A DNA stretch of 64,000 bases from Candidatus Saccharimonadota bacterium (GTDB lineage: Bacteria; Patescibacteriota; Saccharimonadia; CAILAD01; BJGX01). How positions within the stretch are numbered: the first letter of the stretch is position 1; the number at the start of each line of letters is the position of its first letter. Below the pieces are notes generated by a model, which was not told the DNA's origin, ran no database searches, and worked only from the letters and a program-made list of their open reading frames with translations. The position numbers and the translations under genes are program-made. Positions 1 to 10,268 of the stretch are shown one piece after another. The DNA lies in contig DAOLHK010000002.1 in NCBI GenBank assembly GCA_035329105.1, positions 5,557 to 69,556 of the forward strand, in the 5' to 3' direction.

Positions 1-231
1 TGCTAAAACAGCAATAACAGCTATAATATCTACTCCAAATTTTTTATGAAGGATATCGTATAAGATATCTTTTATTTCTGGGATTATTCCTACGACACAA
101 ATGACAATTATGAGCCAATGGCTATATTGTATATTGCCAACCAAATAAAACACCCTGGCTACAAATAAACCTACTAATACAAATATAAGCCAACCATATC
201 TAGATACAAATTTGATAAAATTTTTGCCCAT
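1..231 (-). CDS. Probable heavy-metal (P1B) P-type ATPase, N-terminal part (runs off window start)
   Basis: Hand translation from ATG 231: MGKNFIKF...PEIKDILYDILHKKFGVDIIAVIAVLA, open to the window edge; hydrophobic N-terminus with a GVDxxAxxA motif typical of P1B ATPases; not in the ORF track. Confidence 0.6.
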   Translation of the reverse strand, partial: MGKNFIKFVSRYGWLIFVLVGLFVARVFYLVGNIQYSHWLIIVICVVGIIPEIKDILYDILHKKFGVDIIAVIAVLA

Positions 232-293
232 TTATATCTATGATACAACACTCAAGCATAAAAATTATTATCTAAACTTGGGCTTACTACAAA

Positions 294-2669
294 TTAGCTG
301 GTGCGGACACTTTTTTGATGCAAAATATGTTTTATCCAATAAACTAAAGCATCTGATAGTTTAAAGTGAACGGCTGCTTTTTGTGCAACTGCACCAGCAA
401 GGGCAAATACTATGGCGAAGATAATGTATTTGATAGGTAAGGGCGATATACCGAAAAATCTAGCTATACTTTCATTACTATTAAAGAATATAAGTATCAG
501 AGCTATCACTCCAAATGATCCCAATATAAACATGCTCTGCAGTCGATCCTTTATAACCCCCATAGCTTCTGGTATGAGATATATCGTAAAAATACTCATT
601 ATGACAAAAACACTATATGCAACCATAGCAAGTTGTACTGTACCATTATTAATCACTATGCTTCCGGTATAGTATGTGACTAAAGTAGTAAGTGCGATGA
701 TAGCAGCATTTACTATTGAAAAGGGTAAAGTTCTTTGGAGGAATGGCTTGTCATATATACTTCTGATTCTATTGCGCGGCCAAGCACCCCAAAGTATTAT
801 TGGAAAACCAATAATAAAGAGATTTAGAAGAGTAATATTGCGTGGAGTGAATGGATAATTAATGCCCATCAGTAGAGTACCGAAGATCAAAAAAACACCT
901 GTCCAAACTCTACTAAAAAATAAACTGGCTATCATCTCTAGAGTAGTAATAATACTATCTGACAATTCTATAGCTTTGGGAATAGTTGTAAATGAGTTAT
1001 CTAAAAGCACAATGTCTGCTATTTGCCTGCTTGCAGAAGAGCCAGAAAACATCGCAATACCCACATCTGCCATTTTGATAGCCAATGCATCGTTTGCGCC
1101 ATCTCCCACCATAGCAGTCAAACCTATACTTTGAGATGCTTTTACAATCCTTTCTTTTTGACTAGGAAGTATTCTAGCGAATAAGGGCTGTTTTCGAATG
1201 GCTAGTTTTAGCTCGGATTCTGTCATAGCCTCTACTTGTCCTCCTGTAATCACCTTGTTGCTATGATTGATGCTGGCCCTATCCGCAATTGCACTCACAG
1301 TCTTTGAGCTATCTCCCGAGACGACCAATAGCTGCAAGCCTCTTTTTTGAAGAAATCTTACTACTTCTTTACTAGATTCCTTGAGTGGATTGTCCATTAC
1401 AATGAGCCCTCTTACCTCCATATCTTTTAGGCTTGCAGGATTGTCTAAACTTCCGAGTTTAGCGATAACTACCAACAACACTCTTTGGGCTTGCTTGCTA
1501 TAGAACTTTACCTTGGCTTGGGTCCAATCTTTTTGGCTTTTACTAAGACCAGACAAAAAATATTCACTAGCTCCAATGAATACTTTTTCCTTAGTATCTC
1601 TTACTTCAAAAGCAGCATATTTACGCTCAGAAGAAAATGGTAAGAAATCTGCAATTTTTATGGAATTAGATTTTTTAAATTCTGCCCTGAGCGCTTTGAT
1701 TACTGCAGTTGCTGCTGATTCTTTATAAATATAGGTAGATATTAGATTGACTAGATTGTTTATACCATCTGGATTGTCATGATAGCACTCTAGCTTATCA
1801 AAAATAGGCTTATCCTCAGTAAGCGTACCGGTCTTGTCTAGACAAACAATCGACGCTCTACCTATGTTTTCTATGGCATTGATTTGCTGCAATAATACTT
1901 TTTTTCTACTCATTCTTATAGCTCCATAAGTGAAGAAAACTGTACTGGCTAAGATTAGTCCTTCGGCTATGATAGTAGCTGCAATAGCGGCTATTTGCTT
2001 GATGGCGCTGACTAATGTTTCGGAATTGATAAATGACCTCACCAAGATGATTAGTGCAATTACCACCAGTACTATTGCCATGAGCTGGATAAATTTCAAC
2101 ATACTTTTCTGAATAGGCGATAAGTTGCGTTGATACCTCTTCAAGCTTTGAGTCATAACAGTTATATAGCTTTCACTCTTAGGTTTACGCGCAACTAGTT
2201 TGGCGCTACCAGCCACAATAATGCTCCCGGCTAGCAATGTGTCTCCTACTCGCTTAGATATATTATTAGATTCTCCGCTCAACAAAGCTTCATTGCATTC
2301 GCACATTTCTGAATTTCGAATCACTCCATCTACTGGTACTTGATCACCGAGATTTAGCTGTATTATGTCTCCAGGTTTAATGTCTTCAGAATATACTGTA
2401 TAACTTTTCTTACCTCTTGATATCTTGTACTTCGAAGCTGTTGAGATTTGCAGTTTTTCTAAAGCAATTTTTGAACGAATCTCTTGGATAATCCCGATAA
2501 AAATATTCACAATTATAACTACTGCTAAAAATAGGCCATCTCTTAGATCCCCCAGTATAATTAGAAGTATTGAAAGACCGCCAATTATTACAACGACAAG
2601 TGAGAATATATTGCGCCACAAAATCGGTCCCAGATCTTTTAATAATGACCTAAATAAAGATTTTTTCAT
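294..2669 (-). CDS. Cation-translocating P-type ATPase (CtpE-like)
   Basis: DKTGT phosphorylation motif, LSGES actuator, SGD, MVGDGANDALA hinge, multiple TM helices. Confidence 0.9.
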   Translation of the reverse strand: MKKSLFRSLLKDLGPILWRNIFSLVVVIIGGLSILLIILGDLRDGLFLAVVIIVNIFIGIIQEIRSKIALEKLQISTASKYKISRGKKSYTVYSEDIKPGDIIQLNLGDQVPVDGVIRNSEMCECNEALLSGESNNISKRVGDTLLAGSIIVAGSAKLVARKPKSESYITVMTQSLKRYQRNLSPIQKSMLKFIQLMAIVLVVIALIILVRSFINSETLVSAIKQIAAIAATIIAEGLILASTVFFTYGAIRMSRKKVLLQQINAIENIGRASIVCLDKTGTLTEDKPIFDKLECYHDNPDGINNLVNLISTYIYKESAATAVIKALRAEFKKSNSIKIADFLPFSSERKYAAFEVRDTKEKVFIGASEYFLSGLSKSQKDWTQAKVKFYSKQAQRVLLVVIAKLGSLDNPASLKDMEVRGLIVMDNPLKESSKEVVRFLQKRGLQLLVVSGDSSKTVSAIADRASINHSNKVITGGQVEAMTESELKLAIRKQPLFARILPSQKERIVKASQSIGLTAMVGDGANDALAIKMADVGIAMFSGSSASRQIADIVLLDNSFTTIPKAIELSDSIITTLEMIASLFFSRVWTGVFLIFGTLLMGINYPFTPRNITLLNLFIIGFPIILWGAWPRNRIRSIYDKPFLQRTLPFSIVNAAIIALTTLVTYYTGSIVINNGTVQLAMVAYSVFVIMSIFTIYLIPEAMGVIKDRLQSMFILGSFGVIALILIFFNSNESIARFFGISPLPIKYIIFAIVFALAGAVAQKAAVHFKLSDALVYWIKHILHQKSVRTS

Positions 2670-2797
2670 TATGTTTATTATACTACCCTATCATCATAGC
2701 GTTGTTATTTTAATACCTATACTGTGATTTAGATAAATACAGTAAAAGAATCTAAATTTAAAATAAAAACAGATACTGTGTGCAAATGAACCTAGTC

Positions 2798-3349
2798 TTA
2801 AATTTTATTCTCTATCTCCTTACAAAGTATTTCAACAGACTTAAAATACCTTTTTGGTGTAAGTGTCTTTGCTACATCAAAAAGTGGTAGTACTTTGTCT
2901 TTGGTCTCCTGAATCTTTCGTTTGCGCTTCTCTGATGTTACATCTTCTAAGGTTCTAAGATTGTGTAATCTATCTGCCAGCTTACATACCACTGCTCTCC
3001 AAGAGTTGACAGTTGCAAATCTTTGCCAATAATCATCGTCACTCAGACCCTTTTCTTTGCTCATATACTTCACATCCATCGCTACTTCATAACCAAAGTT
3101 GAGTTCTAGTCTTTTGACTCGCATGATAAATGAATCTTCGATAATATCATGCAATAAAGCTGTGCAAATTAATTGCCAATCATAGATATGCAACTCAGAA
3201 AACAAAATCCACGCTACTGCACGTGGATGTTCAAAATATCTTCGACCATCGGCTCTGTTTTGACCTCTATGAGCGTACTTGCTAAAAAAATATGCGGCTT
3301 CTATCTGCTCCATCTCATAATCAGAAAAGTAAGGTTGCATTTGAGCCAT
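2798..3349 (-). CDS. HD-domain small alarmone ((p)ppGpp) hydrolase-like protein
   Basis: AHRGQxRxDGxxYxxHP, LLHDIIED, KLADRLHNLR motifs of the RelA/SpoT hydrolase domain; no synthetase domain. Confidence 0.8.
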   Translation of the reverse strand: MAQMQPYFSDYEMEQIEAAYFFSKYAHRGQNRADGRRYFEHPRAVAWILFSELHIYDWQLICTALLHDIIEDSFIMRVKRLELNFGYEVAMDVKYMSKEKGLSDDDYWQRFATVNSWRAVVCKLADRLHNLRTLEDVTSEKRKRKIQETKDKVLPLFDVAKTLTPKRYFKSVEILCKEIENKI

Positions 3350-3430
3350 GAACTCATCTCTATTTATTACTAGATAAGGATTGTTATTAGCCAGATAGAC
3401 TCCTCTCTTAATATTGATTGTACAATTATT

Positions 3431-4636
3431 CTACTTATAATATCTACCAATAAAGTCTTTTTTGTACTTATAGAACGACTGATCTTCGATAGATTTACGG
3501 ATATTGTCTACTATGTTGTTGATAAAGAACAGATTATGTATAGTTAGAAGTGTAGCAAATAATATCTCAGATGACTTAATAAGGTGGTGAAGATAAGCTA
3601 GTGAGAAATTCTGGCAGGTGTAGCATTTACAATCTTTATCTATAGGCTCGAACATAGTCCGATAGGAGCTGGTCGAGATATTCTTGCGACCTTCGGGTGT
3701 ATATACAGAACCATTGCGTGCAATGCGTGTTGGACTTACACAGTCAAATGTATCTATCCCATTCTCTATCCCGTCGAAGAGATCAGATGGCTCTCCGATG
3801 CCCAACAAATGTCTAGGCTTTTCTTCAGGCAATTCTTCGCAGACCCACTTTACTGCCGTACCCATATCTGATTTGTTAAAACTTCCCCCTATACCAAATC
3901 CATCAAAATCTAGTTTGGCCAATTCTCTTGCACTAAGCCTTCGTAAATCTTCATGCCTGCCACCCTGCACAACACCAAAAAGACTAATATATGACTTATC
4001 TTTTTTTGATAACTTCTGATGCTCACTTAAACATCTTTTGGCCCATTCATAAGTGCGCCCCCAAGCTCTTCGTTGATATTCATAATCTGCTAGAGGAGAT
4101 GTGCATTCGTCGAATGCAAATATAATATCGGCACCAAGCTTGTGTTGTATTTGCATCGATTTCTCAGGCGTTAGCCGAAGATGTCTACCGTCAATATGCG
4201 AGTAGAAGCTTACACCATCATCATCTATCTTGGCTTTTTTGGCATTGCTTATCCTCTGATCTTGACTATCTTCAAGCATGGCTTCTCCGCTAGTAACTTT
4301 TCCAACTCCCTTACCGAAAGCCGCGCCAAGACTAAATACTTGAAATCCGCCCGAATCAGTATATATAGGACCCTGCCAGTTCATAAACTCATGCAGTCCT
4401 TTTGACTGATATACGATATCTTCACCTGGTCTAAGATACAGATGATAAGTATTTGCTAAGACTGCTTGTGATTTGGTGCTCTTTACTTGCTCCGGTGAGA
4501 GCGCCTTGACTGTGGCAGCTGTACCTACAGTAATAAATGCAGGGGTATTAATGACGCCATGAGGTGTACTTAATATCCCGGTTCTGGCTAATGTACCGTC
4601 TAGTCTTTGATTTAACTTAAAAGTCATTTTTTTCAT
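3431..4636 (-). CDS. tgt: tRNA-guanine transglycosylase
   Basis: NTYHL, TDSGGFQVFSL, VQGG, DTFDCV, CxCxxC zinc site; start moved to ATG 4636 (TATAAT 7 nt upstream; the longer ORF overlaps a divergent gene). Confidence 0.93.
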   Translation of the reverse strand: MKKMTFKLNQRLDGTLARTGILSTPHGVINTPAFITVGTAATVKALSPEQVKSTKSQAVLANTYHLYLRPGEDIVYQSKGLHEFMNWQGPIYTDSGGFQVFSLGAAFGKGVGKVTSGEAMLEDSQDQRISNAKKAKIDDDGVSFYSHIDGRHLRLTPEKSMQIQHKLGADIIFAFDECTSPLADYEYQRRAWGRTYEWAKRCLSEHQKLSKKDKSYISLFGVVQGGRHEDLRRLSARELAKLDFDGFGIGGSFNKSDMGTAVKWVCEELPEEKPRHLLGIGEPSDLFDGIENGIDTFDCVSPTRIARNGSVYTPEGRKNISTSSYRTMFEPIDKDCKCYTCQNFSLAYLHHLIKSSEILFATLLTIHNLFFINNIVDNIRKSIEDQSFYKYKKDFIGRYYK

Positions 4637-4736
4637 ATAAGGTATTATATAGTATCCTAGTTCAATAATATTTGCAGCATAACAATCTTTTGGTTTATAC
4701 TTAAAACAAATAACTAATTTAGGAGTTTTAAGTAAG

Positions 4737-5276
4737 ATGGATTCAAGCGTAGTATCAATTAGTAGAAGTTCACTATTATTAAGGGGCCTGGTAAATGTAA
4801 TCTTTGGAGCAATAGTATTTTCGTGGCCAGGATTGACGGTATACCTTCTTGTCATATTATTTGCAATTAATATTATTGTCATCGGAGCCATGGAATTGTT
4901 TAAGCCATTCGTCCAAAAAAATACCAATCACGCAATTTTAACTTTCTTACTAGGATTACTTGGTATGGTAGTTGGATTTTACTTACTAGGCAGACCAGAA
5001 CTTACAGTAGAAGTACTAAGTCTAGTTATTGCATTCTGGGCAGTCCTGTTTGGTATAAGTGACTTGTTTGTCGGATTTGCAGACTCTAAGACTAGCGGTG
5101 GCTATAGATTTTTATTCGTAATCGTAGGTATACTTTCACTGATGTTCGGTGGATATCTCATATTTTACCCAGTTGCTACCTTAGTATCATTTGTATGGAT
5201 ACTTGGTCTGTACGCAATAATTACTGGTGCTATGTATATAGTCGGTAGTTTTTTCATGCCAAAAGCAAAGAAATAG
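4737..5276 (+). CDS. HdeD/DUF308 family membrane protein
   Basis: Repeated LRGxxxxxxG...WP pattern, about 6 TM segments. Confidence 0.8.
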   Translation: MDSSVVSISRSSLLLRGLVNVIFGAIVFSWPGLTVYLLVILFAINIIVIGAMELFKPFVQKNTNHAILTFLLGLLGMVVGFYLLGRPELTVEVLSLVIAFWAVLFGISDLFVGFADSKTSGGYRFLFVIVGILSLMFGGYLIFYPVATLVSFVWILGLYAIITGAMYIVGSFFMPKAKK

Positions 5277-5295
5277 CAACTATTTATCCTAAGCT

Positions 5296-5856
5296 ATGGA
5301 ACTACTACTTACACCTTCAAGGAGTGCTTTGGCATGGAGAGGCTTGTCGAATGCATTGCTTGGAATAATACTACTGGCCTGGCCACAAATCACTGTTTAT
5401 GTAGTAATCCTATTCTTTTCTTTAAACCTTATTATTGTCGGGTTGTACTCAGTAATTGAACCACTTTTCAATAAGCGTAATCCTCATGCTATTATGTCTA
5501 TAGCGCTAGGCATACTAGGAGTGACTTTTGGTGTCTACTTGATAATCAGGCCTGAGTTCGCAGCTGGGCTAGTTGGTTTGCTACTTTCTTTCTGGGCATT
5601 GTTGTTTGGTATATTTGACATATCTGTTAGTGTCAAAGCCTTGAAGCTCAAGCTCCACTTTGCTTGGGTCTATCTGCTTATAGGTATTGTATCTGTATTG
5701 TTCGGCCTATTCATGCTATTAAACCCCGTGAGTGGAGTACTTACAATAGTATGGTTGTTTGGTCTGTATGCTATGATTATAGGTATCACACTTCTTCTAA
5801 TGGGTATTCTCATGAGGCCTGTGAGTATAAAAGCTAAATCAGGAGTAAAAAAATGA
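5296..5856 (+). CDS. HdeD/DUF308 family membrane protein (tandem paralog)
   Basis: Colinear with the upstream gene (RG..N...WP..TVY, RPE, FWA.LFGI, GLYA.I.G). Confidence 0.8.
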   Translation: MELLLTPSRSALAWRGLSNALLGIILLAWPQITVYVVILFFSLNLIIVGLYSVIEPLFNKRNPHAIMSIALGILGVTFGVYLIIRPEFAAGLVGLLLSFWALLFGIFDISVSVKALKLKLHFAWVYLLIGIVSVLFGLFMLLNPVSGVLTIVWLFGLYAMIIGITLLLMGILMRPVSIKAKSGVKK

Positions 5857-6821
5857 GTCCAACTAAGTCACGCAATACTCAACCAAATAAATGGTTAGTA
5901 AGAATAGCTATAATACTACTGTGTATAAGTATTTTTTTACTACCATATCTAACTGTTACTAAGTCTCTGATAACAAATGCGCAAAATACCATCAATCTGC
6001 TCAAGAAAGCCAAAACATTTGAGTACACCGCAGAAATTGCAAAAAGCGAAATTCAAAGTAGACTACCTGAGAAAGTCAAACAAAACCTGATAGAACAATC
6101 TATTATCAATAAGATAGTGGATGTCATCATTACCCCCCAATTGATTCAAAATATCTCAGAACCAGCTATCAAACTAGCAATAAAACAACTACAAGAAGAC
6201 CCCAAGCTGAGCTTAGATAATCAAAAGATTGAACTCGATGTAGTGCCTTACAAGCAAAATCTCGGTAATTATGTATCTTCTCTAGGATTGCCGGATGGTA
6301 TCAAGGAATCTGCCAATAATTTCTCCCAATCTCTGCCTGACAAAATAGCAATAGTAGATATAGACAAGAACCCTAATAACCCATTGTTAATACTTATAAA
6401 GCTAAGAAGGCTGTACAACAACATCTTGCTTGCAAACAATATACTCTGGGTAGTTCTAGCGATTAGTGCCCTCTCACTGGTGGCGCTGTTGTATAAAAAT
6501 GTCTTGCGACTAGGTAAGCTAGTAGGCAAATCCTTGGTAGTAGTAGGTATTATAGTGATAATTTTTAGCTATTTAACACCACCTGCATTGAGCTTATTTG
6601 TACCAAATAACCTCACAGAATCAAGTGGCTCAGAGGTAGCAGCACTAATCAACGAGCTTGATACGCAATACTTTGCTATGACACAAGTATATGGCTGGTG
6701 GTATATTGGAATTGGCGCAATCATACTACTGATAGTCTGGTATATCAGAAACTTTGGTTTCAAATTTGACATCAAAGAACTAAAGCATTACTTCAAGATC
6801 AAATTTAAACAAAATAAATAG
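5853..6821 (+). CDS. Hypothetical membrane protein
   Basis: ATGA overlap with upstream gene; N-terminal TM, soluble loop, three C-terminal TMs. Confidence 0.7.
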   Translation: MSPTKSRNTQPNKWLVRIAIILLCISIFLLPYLTVTKSLITNAQNTINLLKKAKTFEYTAEIAKSEIQSRLPEKVKQNLIEQSIINKIVDVIITPQLIQNISEPAIKLAIKQLQEDPKLSLDNQKIELDVVPYKQNLGNYVSSLGLPDGIKESANNFSQSLPDKIAIVDIDKNPNNPLLILIKLRRLYNNILLANNILWVVLAISALSLVALLYKNVLRLGKLVGKSLVVVGIIVIIFSYLTPPALSLFVPNNLTESSGSEVAALINELDTQYFAMTQVYGWWYIGIGAIILLIVWYIRNFGFKFDIKELKHYFKIKFKQNK

Positions 6822-6878
6822 AAATTTGATTTCATGGTATAATATAGATAAGTAAAAAATAAGTAAAGGAGTCAAAAA

Positions 6879-7277
6879 ATGGCAAAAAATAATAACGTAT
6901 CAAGTATGGTGGGTTGGTCCGTTTTTGCCGGAGTACTGATGGTACTTGGCGGTATGTTCCAAGCAATCGTGGGACTCATGGCAATCGCCAAAGATCAAGT
7001 CTACTTTGTAGGACCCTATACAATTGCATCATTAGACATTACACAATGGGGATGGGTGCATCTTATTGTAGCTCTACTCGTAATGTTGGCTGGATTTTCA
7101 GTACTTAAAGGCAATATGTATGGTCGAGTAGTCGGTGTATTGCTAGCTATGATCAGCGCAGTAGTAAATATGCTATTCTTGCCTGCATATCCCATATGGT
7201 CGTTGATAGTAATCGTAATTGATATAGTCATCATCTACTCACTAATAGTTTATGGGGGCGAGCTCAAAGAAGCCTAA
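6879..7277 (+). CDS. 4-TM membrane protein (DUF7144-like)
   Basis: AAGGAG SD; GW..FAG, WGW.HL, F.PAYP.WS motifs. Confidence 0.7.
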   Translation: MAKNNNVSSMVGWSVFAGVLMVLGGMFQAIVGLMAIAKDQVYFVGPYTIASLDITQWGWVHLIVALLVMLAGFSVLKGNMYGRVVGVLLAMISAVVNMLFLPAYPIWSLIVIVIDIVIIYSLIVYGGELKEA

Positions 7278-7297
7278 TGCTGTAGCCTATCTTCTAG

Positions 7298-7330
7298 AAA
7301 CACCTCTTATCAAAGAGGTGTTTTTTGTTT
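7298..7330 (+). terminator. Intrinsic terminator
   Basis: AAACACCTCTT-atca-AAGAGGTGTTT followed by a T-run. Confidence 0.8.
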
Positions 7331-7385
7331 GCTAAAATTCATTGCTGTATATATTTATGCCCTTAAAAGAGTTATAATTGTCCAC

Positions 7386-8522
7386 ATGACATTAACAAGT
7401 AAAATTTTTGCTACTATCAATAGAATAATGCCAAAAAGAAATAAGGGAATTGTTCCACCTGAGGCAGAGAAAGAGGTAGGATACATACTAGAAGATATGA
7501 GATCTAAGGTGTTTTTTGGTATTGTATTTTTCATACTTGGGGTCTTGCTTTTTATCACCCTAAGACCATATCTGAGTGCCGTTGTACTAGCTATACTCGT
7601 AGCTGCACTTATCCACCCTATATATGTACGCATGCAACGTAAACTCAAATGGTCGCCAAGAATTATCACTGGCATAATTGTAGTAGTATTATTGTTGATA
7701 GCCATAGGTCTAGTGTTTTTCATCGGTCGTACTCTAGTGCAAGAGGCAATATCATTGAGTAGCTCAATCAATGAATACATCAATAGTGGCCAGGTGGTAG
7801 AATTGCAAAATAAGATACAAGAGTCACTCAAACTCAATGGAGTTGAAGGACAAGATATCGGTAGATTTACTACCTCTATCTTGCAACAGGCTAGCGGACA
7901 ACTTGCAAATTTTGCTGCGGGATTTATTCAGAATAGTTTTGCATTCTTTGTCAGTGTGACTATATTTTTGGCAGGACTAGTGCTTCTAATCCCTCGAATG
8001 AGCAGTATCAAGAAGATGGCTGTAGATATTTCTCCGCTCGGACCAACGATTACTAGAGACTATATTGATAAGACTAGATTGCTACTAAGAGGAGCTGTAG
8101 TGGGGTCATTCTTTATCAGCCTCACAGCGTCTACGCTTATGGGCATTACATTTTGGCTCCTTGGGGTTGAGAATGCAATGTTATTTACTGTACTGGCTTT
8201 CTTCCTGGGCTTTATTCCCTACTTAGGTACTACAATATTTACATTTGGTGCAGCAATAATTTTTGCACTTATGGGTGATTATACTAGTGCAATTATTATA
8301 CTTCTCTTGCAGCTTCTGATCCTAAATCAGCTAGATTTAGTCTTCCGACCGATTTCTATGCCCAAAAAGGTACGCATTCACCCAGCTCTCATGATAATTG
8401 CAGTACTTGCGGGGATAGCGAGTTTTGGTATGATAGGTATAATCTTCGGACCAACTATACTGGTGCTATTTATTAGTTCAATTCAAATATATCAACAAAA
8501 TTACGGCAATGATGTAAGCTAA
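7386..8522 (+). CDS. AI-2E family transporter
   Basis: FIPYLG, RP...IHP, FG..G...GP motifs; ATG 7386 lies 7 nt after TATAAT. Confidence 0.85.
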   Translation: MTLTSKIFATINRIMPKRNKGIVPPEAEKEVGYILEDMRSKVFFGIVFFILGVLLFITLRPYLSAVVLAILVAALIHPIYVRMQRKLKWSPRIITGIIVVVLLLIAIGLVFFIGRTLVQEAISLSSSINEYINSGQVVELQNKIQESLKLNGVEGQDIGRFTTSILQQASGQLANFAAGFIQNSFAFFVSVTIFLAGLVLLIPRMSSIKKMAVDISPLGPTITRDYIDKTRLLLRGAVVGSFFISLTASTLMGITFWLLGVENAMLFTVLAFFLGFIPYLGTTIFTFGAAIIFALMGDYTSAIIILLLQLLILNQLDLVFRPISMPKKVRIHPALMIIAVLAGIASFGMIGIIFGPTILVLFISSIQIYQQNYGNDVS

Positions 8523-8542
8523 ATCGCTGCATGATTATGGCC

Positions 8543-9223
8543 TCAGGCTTTGATGCCAAAAACCCCAAATCCTCTTATCAGTAAATAAACACCAAATACT
8601 ATCAGTAGTGATAGCGTAATTTCTCTCATGTGTCGGTTGATAAATAGCTTGAGTGATTTAAGAATAGATTCTGATTTTTTTGGTAGCAAGAGGTAGATTA
8701 CTAGAGGTGTGACAATCATCAGTAGAGTAATTATTATTGATATTAAAAGCAGTAACAACTTTTCTGCAGATTCCAGGCTCGAATCAGCTATATCTTTGAT
8801 AGATGGTACAAAAAGTACCAGGGTAGAGAAGTTGGTAATCATTAGTGCTATTCCTAAACCTACGATTTTACCAAATCCTTCAGTGTGTTTTATATCATCT
8901 TTTACTGGTCTGGTGGTTTTTTGCTTGGGCTTGAGTATTAGATGCACCGCTAGTCCCAACAACACAATGCCTGCTAATAAGTCTATCCAAGAAGTTATGA
9001 TATTGTTCTTGGGCATAATATCTATTTTGGAAAATAAAAATATTCCTGGTATCCCTAAGACTAATAATGGAATTGTAGTACCTATTAGGTATATGAATCC
9101 TCTAGTTCTAGTTTTAGTAGTACTAGTGGCTAGGACTGTAATCATACCTGTAGTAGCTACTGGACTGATAGCTGCACCAAGTAGAAGTGGTAGTATCTGC
9201 AAAAACACTGTGTACATATTCAT
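8543..9223 (-). CDS. GAP/DUF2910 family membrane protein
   Basis: LPL.LGAAISP N-terminus, N.ST, about 6 TMs. Confidence 0.75.
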   Translation of the reverse strand: MNMYTVFLQILPLLLGAAISPVATTGMITVLATSTTKTRTRGFIYLIGTTIPLLVLGIPGIFLFSKIDIMPKNNIITSWIDLLAGIVLLGLAVHLILKPKQKTTRPVKDDIKHTEGFGKIVGLGIALMITNFSTLVLFVPSIKDIADSSLESAEKLLLLLISIIITLLMIVTPLVIYLLLPKKSESILKSLKLFINRHMREITLSLLIVFGVYLLIRGFGVFGIKA

Positions 9224-9292
9224 AGTGCTTATAATAACATTTTATTGACAAAAGCTTAAGCTTAATAGGCCATACTTTGCATTTATAAATCA

Positions 9293-9321
9293 TTGACATT
9301 AACGGCATAAGCGTGTATCAT
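9293..9321 (+). promoter_or_regulatory. Sigma70-type promoter
   Basis: TTGACA (9293-9298), 17 nt spacer, TATCAT (9316-9321). Confidence 0.75.
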
Positions 9322-9331
9322 ACGATGTGCT

Positions 9332-9433
9332 ATGAATCAAATTAGCCATACAACTCCAAATTCATCAAACCATTATCTTGTACGTAAACAAGGTTGGTTT
9401 ATGTTTGCTATGGCTCATTTGCACTCTCGATAG
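9332..9433 (+). CDS. Putative attenuator leader peptide (33 aa) MNQISHTTPNSSNHYLVRKQGWFMFAMAHLHSR
   Basis: ATG 10 nt after the -10 box; 3' part complementary to the terminator's left arm. Confidence 0.6.
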   Translation: MNQISHTTPNSSNHYLVRKQGWFMFAMAHLHSR

Positions 9434-9461
9434 TTTTTTAATTTTTTATTATACGCAATGA

Positions 9462-9484
9462 GCCTCCGAAACGGAGGCATTTTT
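9462..9484 (+). terminator. Attenuator-type intrinsic terminator upstream of the GNAT gene
   Basis: GCCTCCG-aaa-CGGAGGC then ATTTTT. Confidence 0.75.
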
Positions 9485-9596
9485 GATTCAAAAAACGCAC
9501 ATTTTACATTGTTGTAAACCTGTTTCTGAGGCTCTTTGGGTGTAATAACCCCTAGACAATGACCTTGTCTAGCCCTCTACAGAAAAGAGTGAGACC

Positions 9597-10262
9597 ATGT
9601 TTGGTTTCCCCATGCGCACCATCACAGATAAGGGTGCTCACATCGTCATGAGGCCTTATCGGCCGGATGAGATGGAGCAAGTTGCAAAACTCATCTCTAG
9701 CTACAGGATAGCTCGTACACTCAGCTTGACCGGCTCACAAACTGTTCAGCAAGAACAGGGCTGGTTCGAGCATATCAGTACATCGCAAGATAGTGTGCAT
9801 TGGGCTATCTGCTGGGCAACTGATGAGCGTGATACGACTGGTATTCCTATCGGCACCTCTGTGCTCGAAAATGTGCGAGGCTTGAGAGCCACAAGCGGAG
9901 TGGTGATTTATGACCCCACCGCTTGGAGCCAAGGTATTGCAACGGCTGCGCATAAAGCTCGTTGTTACTATGCAGACCATGTAATGGGTCTCAATGCTAT
10001 TGATAGCGATGCACTACGCAGTAATCGGGGTAGCATCAATGCACTGTGTCGAGTCGGCTACCAGATCGTAGGCACTCGATACGGCATGCACCACCTGGAT
10101 GGCCATACTGAACACCTCGAGCTACTCTTGTGGGTAAACCCAAATGAACGCAACTGGAACTACTTCTGGGGTGACAGCGATGTTCCTCAAAAGTTCATTG
10201 GTAGCCGTAAGCTCGCTCGCAAGGCTCTTGACTGGGCTGCTGAGAATGTAACGCTTCTGTAG
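9597..10262 (+). CDS. GNAT N-acetyltransferase, RimJ/RimL-like
   Basis: MRP...D start, WSQGIAT (W-x-x-G-x-A/G acetyl-CoA loop), N.GS..AL.RVGY. Confidence 0.8.
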   Translation: MFGFPMRTITDKGAHIVMRPYRPDEMEQVAKLISSYRIARTLSLTGSQTVQQEQGWFEHISTSQDSVHWAICWATDERDTTGIPIGTSVLENVRGLRATSGVVIYDPTAWSQGIATAAHKARCYYADHVMGLNAIDSDALRSNRGSINALCRVGYQIVGTRYGMHHLDGHTEHLELLLWVNPNERNWNYFWGDSDVPQKFIGSRKLARKALDWAAENVTLL

Positions 10263-10268
10263 AGAATT

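Noticed and set aside
4637-4927. N-terminal extension of tgt in the ORF track
   Set aside because: Overlaps the divergent DUF308 gene; homology and a -10 box point to ATG 4636.
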